A stretch of DNA of 48,262 nucleotides from positions 1 through 48,262 of the forward strand of contig CAZAIO010000004.1 of NCBI GenBank assembly GCA_964485235.1, read 5' to 3'. A model generated the notes under the pieces. It made no database searches. It was not told where the DNA came from and worked only from the letters and a program-made list of their open reading frames with translations. The translations under genes and the position numbers were made by a program. This document shows positions 23,938 through 32,092 of this stretch, piece after piece (position 1 is the first letter of the stretch; the number at the start of each line of letters is the position of its first letter). The DNA comes from an uncultured Dehalococcoidales bacterium. Its GTDB lineage: Bacteria; Chloroflexota; Dehalococcoidia; GIF9; UBA5629.

Positions 23938-25587
23938 ATGGAAACTGAAAATAATTTATGGTTCAAAGATGCCGTGTTCTATGAACTGCACGTTCGAGCA
24001 TTCTATGACGCGAATAACGACGGTAAGGGGGATTTCGAAGGCCTTACTCAGAAGTTGGACTATGTTAGAGATCTGGGTGTCGATTGTATATGGCTGCTGC
24101 CTTTTTATCCTTCGCCACTCAAGGACGACGGATACGATATTGCCGATTATCTCAATATACATCCCGATTATGGCGATATGCGGCATTTCCAGAAATTTCT
24201 CGAAGAGGCGCACAATAGAAATATAAGAGTAATCGCTGACCTTGTGGTTAATCACACTTCAGATCAGCATTACTGGTTTCAGGAAGCGCGAAGATCACCG
24301 GAATCTCCCATGCACAACTACTATGTCTGGAGCGATACTCCTGATAAATATAAGGATGCGCGAATAATATTCATCGATACTGAAAAGTCCAACTGGACAC
24401 TGGACTCGGTTACCAATAAATATTACTGGCATCGCTTTTTCAGCCATCAGCCTGATCTTAACTACGATAATGAAGAAGTTCAGAAAGCCATGTACGATAC
24501 TGCAGTGTACTGGATGGACAAAGGTCTCGACGGGCTACGGTGTGATGCCGTGCCTTATCTGTTCGAGAGGGATGGGACTAACTGTGAAAACCTGCCGGAG
24601 ACCCACGCTTTTTTCAGGGAACTGCGGTCAAAAATAGATAGCAAATATTCCGATAAAATTTTACTTGCAGAAGCCAATCAGATGCCACAGGATGTGTGCA
24701 AGTATTTCGGTTCGGGGGATGAGTTCCATATGTCATTTCATTTTCCCCTGATGCCTCATATGTTCATGGCGCTGGCAAGGGAAAACCGGCAACCTATAGT
24801 AGATGTTATGACACGCACGCCGACGATACCGTACAATTGCCAGTGGGGGCTTTTTCTACGTAACCACGATGAAGTGACTCTGGAAATGGTAACCGAGTTG
24901 CAGCGTCTTTATATGTGGTATACATATGCGAACGAGTCTGCGATGCGTCTTAATCTGGGAATCCGTCGCAGACTGGCGCCGTTGCTGGATAATGACCGTC
25001 GTAAAATAGAGCTTCTTAACAGCATTCTTTTTACCATGCCGGGCAGTCCTGTCCTTTATTACGGAGATGAAATCGGTATGGGTGATAATATTCACCTTGG
25101 CGATCGTAACGGTGTACGTACTCCCATGCAATGGTCTGTCGATAGGAATGCCGGATTTTCGCAGGTAGACCCGGAGCGGCTATATTTGCCGGTAATAAGC
25201 AATCCTATTTACGGATATCAGGCGATCAATGTCGAATCTCAGCAAAGGACACCGAGCTCATTGCTTAATACGATGAAAAAACTTATCGGGATACGAAAGC
25301 AGCATAAAGTTTTCGGCCGGGGAGCTATCGAATTCCTGAAACCAAGAAATAGCCGTGTCCTTGCATATATTCGCAGCTATAACGATGAAACTATACTCGT
25401 GGTGAATAATCTGGCGGACTCGTCTCAACCGGTGGAGCTCGATATGAAAAGGTTTGAAGGAGCGATACCCGTTGAGATGCTTGGAGAAACACGTTTCCCG
25501 CGTATAGGCGAATTGCCTTATATGTTGACGCTGAGCCCGTACGGATTCTACTGGTTTCGACTTGAATACAGGCAGAAACGGGTGTAG
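23938..25587 (+). CDS. treS: Trehalose synthase / maltose alpha-D-glucosyltransferase (GH13), not fused to maltokinase
   Basis: WFKDAVFYELHVRAFYDANNDGKGDFEGLTQKLDYVRDLGVDCIWLLPFYPSPLKDDGYDIADY, DLVVNHTSDQH, GLRCDAVPYL, LLAEANQ and LRNHDE are present (549 aa). Confidence 0.9.
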   Translation: METENNLWFKDAVFYELHVRAFYDANNDGKGDFEGLTQKLDYVRDLGVDCIWLLPFYPSPLKDDGYDIADYLNIHPDYGDMRHFQKFLEEAHNRNIRVIADLVVNHTSDQHYWFQEARRSPESPMHNYYVWSDTPDKYKDARIIFIDTEKSNWTLDSVTNKYYWHRFFSHQPDLNYDNEEVQKAMYDTAVYWMDKGLDGLRCDAVPYLFERDGTNCENLPETHAFFRELRSKIDSKYSDKILLAEANQMPQDVCKYFGSGDEFHMSFHFPLMPHMFMALARENRQPIVDVMTRTPTIPYNCQWGLFLRNHDEVTLEMVTELQRLYMWYTYANESAMRLNLGIRRRLAPLLDNDRRKIELLNSILFTMPGSPVLYYGDEIGMGDNIHLGDRNGVRTPMQWSVDRNAGFSQVDPERLYLPVISNPIYGYQAINVESQQRTPSSLLNTMKKLIGIRKQHKVFGRGAIEFLKPRNSRVLAYIRSYNDETILVVNNLADSSQPVELDMKRFEGAIPVEMLGETRFPRIGELPYMLTLSPYGFYWFRLEYRQKRV

Positions 25588-25647
25588 AGTACTTTTCCCG
25601 TTTGTAATATTATAAAGTGAGGAGAGTGTTGTTCGGACTGTAAAATA

Positions 25648-26886
25648 ATGTTGGAAAGAGTAGACGTTGCCGAAAAAAAAATCGAATCATATCGCACTAT
25701 TGTCGATGAATCTTTATTGACCGAGATTGCCCGGCTGGGCAAGGAATTGAAGGGATTGCGTGTATGTCATATCAGCTCCACTCCATTCGGCAGCGGTATA
25801 CCGGAAACGCTCTACTCAGTGATTCCTCTGGAACGTGATAGCGGTATCGAAGTGGAATGGTTGACGATGAAGACGGACGAGAGGATCGCCCGTATCGGCA
25901 AATCTATACACAACTCATTATTAGGGCTTCCTCTTAATATTACTGATGGCGATCAGTCGTATTACCAGCAGTTTAACCGTGATAATGCACTCAGCCTTGA
26001 TGCACAGAAGTATGATGTGGTGATAATTCATACGCCGCAACTGCTCCCTCTCCCATCTTATATGAAAGAGAACCATGTACGATGGGTCTGGCGCAGCCAT
26101 CTTCAAACATCCGTTGTGCATAATTCAGCGGCTGATTTATTAAGACCGTATATCGCCCCGTATAGTGCGGCTATTTTCAGTTTTAAGGAATTTGAACCGC
26201 CAAATATGAAATTCCCGTTTGCGAGCTTCTTTACACCGGCCATTGATCCGCTGGGACCGAAAAACCGTGACCTTCCGTTGAATGAATGCATGGATTTCGC
26301 GTCAGACCTGGGTGTCGATCCCCGACGTCCGATACTACTCTATTCGTCGCGTATCGATCAATGGAAAGATCCTCTGGGACTTATCCGGTGTTTCTATGAG
26401 GTTAAAGACCAGGTATCCGACCTGCAACTTGTAATCATTCATTCTCTCACCGTCGACGATCCGGAGACATTCTCCATTCTTCATGATGTTGATATCGAAG
26501 CGGCAAAAGACGAAGATATTCATGTATTTACCAATATGGACGGTTTCGGTGACATCGAGACAAATGCGATGGAGCGTATCTGCAGTGTGGGAATATTGAA
26601 CTCTCTGCGTGAAAGTTTCGGACTATTTTTATCGGAAATAATGTGGAAAAAGAAACCGGTGCTGGGAAGCAGGGTGGGTGGTATTATCGGACAGCTTTCA
26701 GGGGAACTGGATTCCTGTATGTTCGAGACCGGTGATGAATGCATTGAAAAGCTCGTTATACTATTGACCGATAAGGACTATGTTGCCGAACTGCAACGTA
26801 TAGGATATGAACGCGTCCGTCGCTTTTCTCTCTGCCCGCGACTGGTAAGGGACGAACTCGCATTTTTTAAGCGCGTATCGGGATAG
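25648..26886 (+). CDS. GT4 glycosyltransferase of the TreT (trehalose glycosyl-transferring synthase) type, divergent
   Basis: The overall layout is IESYRTIVDE...LKGLRVCHISSTPFGSGIPETL...IEVEWL...IHNSLLG...SRIDQWKDPLG...SLRESFGLFLSEIMWKKKPVLGSRVGG. It matches my recollection of archaeal and bacterial TreT enzymes, including the E-x7-E motif. Confidence 0.6.
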   Translation: MLERVDVAEKKIESYRTIVDESLLTEIARLGKELKGLRVCHISSTPFGSGIPETLYSVIPLERDSGIEVEWLTMKTDERIARIGKSIHNSLLGLPLNITDGDQSYYQQFNRDNALSLDAQKYDVVIIHTPQLLPLPSYMKENHVRWVWRSHLQTSVVHNSAADLLRPYIAPYSAAIFSFKEFEPPNMKFPFASFFTPAIDPLGPKNRDLPLNECMDFASDLGVDPRRPILLYSSRIDQWKDPLGLIRCFYEVKDQVSDLQLVIIHSLTVDDPETFSILHDVDIEAAKDEDIHVFTNMDGFGDIETNAMERICSVGILNSLRESFGLFLSEIMWKKKPVLGSRVGGIIGQLSGELDSCMFETGDECIEKLVILLTDKDYVAELQRIGYERVRRFSLCPRLVRDELAFFKRVSG

Positions 26887-26909
26887 TATGTACAGTTAGG
26901 AGGGCGGGT

Positions 26910-28523
26910 ATGGTCTTGTATAATTTCTCGGAAACAATCACCCCGGACAGCTTTTTGCGTGAGCTTCCCTCGATTGTGAATGCAATTCCGGCATCCTATA
27001 TATCACAGCAACGATGGTTCGGCAGTAAGATGAGCACAATCACCGGTGCGGAACTGATCGATGCCGCAGTGATAAAGTCCGAATTTCCAATTTACATAAT
27101 GTTATTAATTGCCCTTCGTTACGAACATGGCGCATCAGAGTTATATTACCTTCCGGTTGTTCTGCGCAGACAGGTTGAACGGCCGGATACCGCTGACGAT
27201 GGTCCGATTATGATGATAAATACACCGGAAGAACAATTTTCGCTGTCGGATGCGCTTGGAGATAACGGCTATCTTGATCTGCTGTTTCAAAAACTGCTCA
27301 TTTCGGCAGAAGTGGCATCTGCAAAGGGACGGTTTATATTCCGTAATACCCCTGTATTACATAATGCTGTGGAAGATATAAATCACTATTCTATTGAAAC
27401 GTTGAGGCGTCTTAAGGTAGAACAGAGCAATACCTCAATTATCTACAACGAATCATGGATCATGAAAAATTTTCGCAGGATCACGAGTGGTGCCAATCCC
27501 GACCTCGAAGTGCCTTTATTTCTCACTACTGTGGCACATTATAAAAATATTCCACAGGTCGCCGGTTATATTGAATATATGATGGGCGACATCACCTGTT
27601 CCGCAATCGCTTCGCTTCAATCATTTATTCCTAATGAGGGGGACGGCTGGAATTATACGCTCGAGCATCTTGCTCAGCTTTACAGACATATGATAGAGAA
27701 ACAGCCGCATGGATCATCACCGGTCACAGACGATGAAAGGATTGAGGGTGTAAAGCAATATTCAGGTTCGTATTTACTTAATATTGAAATCCTGGGAAGT
27801 ATTACGGGGGAGTTGCATAATGCACTTGCTTCGGACTTCTCTGTGCCTGATTTTTCGCCTGAACCGATTACCGGTACAGATATTGGCAGATGGACTCCAT
27901 ATTCTCAATCGTATTGCTCCCGTGTACTGGACAGCCTTTCAGATCAGGTCGTGGCGTTTACTCCGGCTGTTAACAGGAAAATAGATATGGCATTGTCACG
28001 TCGTTCATTTTATATAAAAAAATTCGAAAAGCTTGCTGTACTTGCAGACGAAGGAGTATGGAAGACCCGCTATCACAATGACTATCATCTCGGGCAAGTA
28101 CTGAAGAAAGGCCCTGATTTTATTATCATTGATTTCGAGGGTGAACCGGCGCGTCCTCTTGCAGAAAGGCGGGCGAAACACTCACCATTGAAAGATGTTG
28201 CAGGGATGATGAGGTCTTTCAATTATGCCAGATACGCAGCGTTGTTTTCATTCGCAGAAGTGGCAGATGACCTCAAAATATTACTTGAGTCTACAGGGAA
28301 AACCTGGGAAACTCTGGCACGAGAGAGTTTTTTAAACGGGTATCTCCGTGCGGTTTTGAAAGAAAAAGGAACAGCCGATTTTTTACCGCGTTCTCATGAT
28401 ACCATACAGGATGTAATTTCCGTATTTGAACTCGATAAGGCAATCTATGAGCTGAACTATGAGCTCAATAACAGGCCGTCATGGGTTGAGATTCCTCTGG
28501 AGTATCTGGTATCTTTAAGATAA
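26910..28523 (+). CDS. mak: Maltokinase (maltose 1-phosphate-forming, Pep2/Mak)
   Basis: The C-terminal kinase core is RYHNDYHLGQVLKKGPDFIIIDFEGEPARPLAERRAKHSPLKDVAGMMRSFNYA and LDKAIYELNYELNNRPSW. Its position in a glgE-treS operon and an AGGAGGG SD support the call. Confidence 0.8.
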   Translation: MVLYNFSETITPDSFLRELPSIVNAIPASYISQQRWFGSKMSTITGAELIDAAVIKSEFPIYIMLLIALRYEHGASELYYLPVVLRRQVERPDTADDGPIMMINTPEEQFSLSDALGDNGYLDLLFQKLLISAEVASAKGRFIFRNTPVLHNAVEDINHYSIETLRRLKVEQSNTSIIYNESWIMKNFRRITSGANPDLEVPLFLTTVAHYKNIPQVAGYIEYMMGDITCSAIASLQSFIPNEGDGWNYTLEHLAQLYRHMIEKQPHGSSPVTDDERIEGVKQYSGSYLLNIEILGSITGELHNALASDFSVPDFSPEPITGTDIGRWTPYSQSYCSRVLDSLSDQVVAFTPAVNRKIDMALSRRSFYIKKFEKLAVLADEGVWKTRYHNDYHLGQVLKKGPDFIIIDFEGEPARPLAERRAKHSPLKDVAGMMRSFNYARYAALFSFAEVADDLKILLESTGKTWETLARESFLNGYLRAVLKEKGTADFLPRSHDTIQDVISVFELDKAIYELNYELNNRPSWVEIPLEYLVSLR

Positions 28524-28542
28524 AGATCTAGGAGGCCGGGAT

Positions 28543-30228
28543 ATGAAAAAAGGTTCATTCACATTCGTATTACACAGCCATCTTCCATACTGCCGAAAAG
28601 CCGGACGATGGCCTCACGGGGAGGAATGGATCCATGAAGCAATTGCGGAGACTTATCTGCCTCTCCTTAATGCGCTTTTCGATTTAAAAGAAGAAGGATG
28701 TCCGTTTAAACTGACGATAGGTATTACGCCTGTTCTGGTTGAGCAACTTGCTGACAAACTTATTCTGGAACATTTCAAAATTTATGTCGATGATAAGATC
28801 GACCGTGCAGGGAATGACAGTGCACGGTTTGCCAAGGAAGGCAATGAACAGCTGATCAATCTGGCGGAATTCTATCTGGACTATTACCGTAATTTACGCG
28901 ACAGCCTGAAGAACAGGTTTAAAAATAACCTGATTGCTGCTTTTAAACAACTTCAGGATAGCGGACATGTGGAAATTCTTACCAGTGCGGCGACACATGG
29001 GTATTTACCGTTATTGGAACGCGATTCATCTGTCTCCGGGCAAATCGCAACGGGAGTGGCAGCATATAAACGGCATTTCAAACGGTCGCCCAGGGCAATC
29101 TGGGTGCCGGAATGCGGATATCGTCCGTCATATTACACATCCAGAAGCACGAAGAAATATATCAAGCCCGGCATAGAGTATTTTCTTGCGAAGTTCGGCC
29201 TTGGTCTTTTTTTCTCGGAGACTCATACGATAGAAGGCGGGGAGCCCGTAGGGAAATCGACCGGAGCGGTGGTGGGTCCCTATGGTAATGTGCCGAAGCG
29301 ATATGTCGTTCCCATACCGGACTATGAAGAGCCTACCACGCGGACGACCTTTTTACCTTATTGGGTACAGACGCCGGAGGTTGCGGTACTGGGCAGGAAT
29401 AACCGGACCGGTATGCAGGTGTGGTCGGCGGACTGGGGGTATCCGGGGGATTTCGACTATCGCGAATTTCATAAAAAAGATGGCGTTTCCGGTCTGCAAT
29501 ACTGGCGCGTAACCGCCTCAAAGCTGGACCTGGCATATAAAGACTACTATCACCCGGAATGGGCTTCAAATAAAGTAAAAGATCATGCGGAACATTATGC
29601 GTGGCTGGTCGAGGACCAGATAAACAATTTTGCAACGCAGAATGATAAATATGGAATAATTGCTGCCGCATATGATACGGAGCTTTTCGGACACTGGTGG
29701 TTCGAAGGCGTATCATGGATTAAAGAGGTACTTAAAAAGCTCGCTTATAATGAGACGGTCGAATTGACGACTGCCAGTGAATTCGTTGAAAAACATCCGC
29801 CTGTCGATGTGCTTGCGCTCAAAGAGGGTTCATGGGGGCAGGCAGGAAATCATTTCACGTGGCTGAATGTGGACACCGAATGGATCTGGCCCATAATCCA
29901 CAGAGCGGAACGGAAAATGGAAGAACTTGTTGACCGTTATCCTGATGCTTCGGGAGAAATGGCCGATGTGCTAAACCAGGCGGCGAGGGAACTGCTGTTA
30001 CTGGAATCGAGCGACTGGCCGTTCCTGATTACAACCGGTCAGGCAAATGTATATGCCTCGAACCGTTTCCAGGAGCATGTAGCGAGATTCGACCAGCTCA
30101 CAGCGTTAGCCGATTCCGGTACAATTGATGATAAGGGGCGTGAATTATGCAGTGAGCTTTATGAAATGGATAATGTGTTTCCCTATATTGATTACAGAGA
30201 CTTTAAAAACATCGAGCAGGTAAATTAA
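28543..30228 (+). CDS. GH57-family 1,4-alpha-glucan branching enzyme
   Basis: GH57 conserved regions are present: FVLHSHLPY, GHVEILTSAATHGYLPLL, AIWVPECGYR (nucleophile Glu) and AAAYDTELFGHWW (acid/base Asp). A C-terminal helical DUF1957-like part follows. Size (561 aa) and motifs resemble Thermus/Thermococcus GH57 branching enzymes. Confidence 0.8.
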   Translation: MKKGSFTFVLHSHLPYCRKAGRWPHGEEWIHEAIAETYLPLLNALFDLKEEGCPFKLTIGITPVLVEQLADKLILEHFKIYVDDKIDRAGNDSARFAKEGNEQLINLAEFYLDYYRNLRDSLKNRFKNNLIAAFKQLQDSGHVEILTSAATHGYLPLLERDSSVSGQIATGVAAYKRHFKRSPRAIWVPECGYRPSYYTSRSTKKYIKPGIEYFLAKFGLGLFFSETHTIEGGEPVGKSTGAVVGPYGNVPKRYVVPIPDYEEPTTRTTFLPYWVQTPEVAVLGRNNRTGMQVWSADWGYPGDFDYREFHKKDGVSGLQYWRVTASKLDLAYKDYYHPEWASNKVKDHAEHYAWLVEDQINNFATQNDKYGIIAAAYDTELFGHWWFEGVSWIKEVLKKLAYNETVELTTASEFVEKHPPVDVLALKEGSWGQAGNHFTWLNVDTEWIWPIIHRAERKMEELVDRYPDASGEMADVLNQAARELLLLESSDWPFLITTGQANVYASNRFQEHVARFDQLTALADSGTIDDKGRELCSELYEMDNVFPYIDYRDFKNIEQVN

Positions 30229-30276
30229 TCATCCTGCCGTTATTCTCAATAAAGGAGGCTTTGTTAACGGGAGATC

Positions 30277-30801
30277 ATGACAAGTGAACATGATGATAAC
30301 GAAAAAAAGAGACCGGAGATAACTATTAGGCAAATGGAGATTGATGATATAAGTCCGGTCTATCATCTGGGGGAGCGACTCTTTACCAGCGATAAATATA
30401 CTATCCTGTACCGTACATGGGATCCTTTCGAGGTGACCGATGCGTTCACTTCTGATCCGGATTTCTGTCTGGTTGCCGAAGACAACGAAAGCGAAAAAAT
30501 CGCCGGATTTATACTGGCGACTACTATTGAAAAAGAAGGTACTGCGTGGAAGAAATACGGATATGTGAGCTGGATCGGTGTAGACAGCGGTTTTCAAAGG
30601 CTTAATCTGGGACATCGGCTCTATAGAAGACTGGAGGAACGTTTTAAAAAAGAGGGCGTACGAATGGTTATTGCCGATACGGATGCCGAGAATAAGCACG
30701 CAGTTGCTTTTTTCAATGCAATGGAATTTAATACGAGCAGTGAACATATCTGGCTGACAAAAACGCTTCGCCGTCCCGGGAAGAAGGAAGACAAGGCGTA
30801 G
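30277..30801 (+). CDS. GNAT-family N-acetyltransferase
   Basis: The 174-aa protein has IRQMEIDDISPVYHL at the N-terminus and the acetyl-CoA-binding motif VDSGFQRLNLGHRLYRRLEE. Confidence 0.65.
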   Translation: MTSEHDDNEKKRPEITIRQMEIDDISPVYHLGERLFTSDKYTILYRTWDPFEVTDAFTSDPDFCLVAEDNESEKIAGFILATTIEKEGTAWKKYGYVSWIGVDSGFQRLNLGHRLYRRLEERFKKEGVRMVIADTDAENKHAVAFFNAMEFNTSSEHIWLTKTLRRPGKKEDKA

Positions 30802-30928
30802 TGAGGCGACCGGGTACGCTGATATATAGTATTAATGGTATTGCCTGAAACAGAACGGCCGGGATATAGACCGGCATTGTATGAGCACTTCAACACATTA
30901 AAAGTGCTGTGTGTAAGGAAGAAGCAGA

Positions 30929-32044
30929 ATGAAATCTATTGTTGAAGAAATAGTTGAAATACAGCCCGACAGGTTAAAAAACCTTTTGAGAGAGCTGACT
31001 GATATCTATAGTCCTTCCGGTAAAGAGGAAGAGATACTGGAATATTCGGAAGACTATCTGAAGCGCCATGGTATGAACGTAATAAGGCAGGAGATCGACG
31101 AAAACAGGTTCAATATTGTGGTATTGCCTGAAAATGAAGATGAAGTTGACCTTTGTTTCGTCGGTCATATCGATACTGTTACGGCGTACGAACTGGACGA
31201 TTACGGTTTTCATGAGGAAGGAAATGTTATTTCAGGGCTTGGTACTGCCGATATGAAAGCAGGGTGCGCTGCCATGATGGAAGCATTTACTGTTATGGTA
31301 GAAAGAAAAACAGATTTTCCGTCGGTTGCACTTGCGCTGGTTGTCGGAGAGGAAGAGGACAACTATGGTGCCAAATCACTTATAAGAGAATATAATTTCC
31401 CCTGGGCTATTGTCGGCGAACCTACCAATATGGTTCCCTGCCTGGGACATTATGGATTTCTCGAGGTGTTGTTACGTACCCGGGGGAAGAAAGCACATGC
31501 TTCCATGCCGGAACTGGGGCAGAATGCTATCGAGGCCATGTTAAAACTGATGTTGAAGGTAACGGAATATACCGCATCGGTGAAAAATGAACTGGTCTAT
31601 AATATACGGGAATTGTCCGGATTTCGCGGCGGATTCGTGGTGCCGGATATGTGCGAGGCATGGATTGACCTTCATCTGCCGACAAATTCACGAATCGATA
31701 TCGTCAAGACGGAACTCGAACAACTCGTGGAAGATGCGGGCCAGACTATCCAGGGACTCGATGCGTATATGAGGTTTGAAAGCACGTATTCCGGGTATAA
31801 AATATCTCCCAAGCGTCCCCTGGTAAAAAAGCTGAAAGACCTTTATACAAAGATGAGCTTGAACTGGGACCCTCAGGACTTCAGAAGCCACTCGGACGGA
31901 AATATTTTATGGGCGGGTGGAGTGGACCCGATTATTCTGGGGCCCGGACGGTTGGAGGCAGCTCATACACCGGAAGAGTCGGTGGAGTTCGACCAGGTTG
32001 TACAGGCGGCAAAACTCTATCTCAACTTCGCTATGTCCCTATAA
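30929..32044 (+). CDS. M20-family metallo-deacylase (ArgE/DapE/LysK-like)
   Basis: FVGHIDTV, GTADMKAG, VVGEEEDNYG, IVGEPT and a C-terminal HTPEE are the M20 metal-ligand pattern (371 aa). Confidence 0.75.
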   Translation: MKSIVEEIVEIQPDRLKNLLRELTDIYSPSGKEEEILEYSEDYLKRHGMNVIRQEIDENRFNIVVLPENEDEVDLCFVGHIDTVTAYELDDYGFHEEGNVISGLGTADMKAGCAAMMEAFTVMVERKTDFPSVALALVVGEEEDNYGAKSLIREYNFPWAIVGEPTNMVPCLGHYGFLEVLLRTRGKKAHASMPELGQNAIEAMLKLMLKVTEYTASVKNELVYNIRELSGFRGGFVVPDMCEAWIDLHLPTNSRIDIVKTELEQLVEDAGQTIQGLDAYMRFESTYSGYKISPKRPLVKKLKDLYTKMSLNWDPQDFRSHSDGNILWAGGVDPIILGPGRLEAAHTPEESVEFDQVVQAAKLYLNFAMSL

Positions 32045-32092
32045 GAGGGGCGTAAAAGCACTTGCGCAGCTCTTCATCCCGGTTTCACATGA

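Noticed and set aside
25673-25681. An A9 homopolymer near the 5' end of the TreT-like gene (also a T8 run at 18366-18373 in malQ and an A8 run at 9526-9533), considered as phase-variation or frameshift tracts
   Set aside because: They simply encode Lys-Lys in frame (E-K-K), and the reading frames are intact. There is no second frame continuing after a slip, so population data would be needed to say more.
30837-30851. The exact 15-mer TGGTATTGCCTGAAA, repeated at 31118-31132
   Set aside because: By rough estimate about one such match is expected by chance in a window of this size. One copy is intergenic and the other is inside the M20 coding frame, and there is no flanking similarity.
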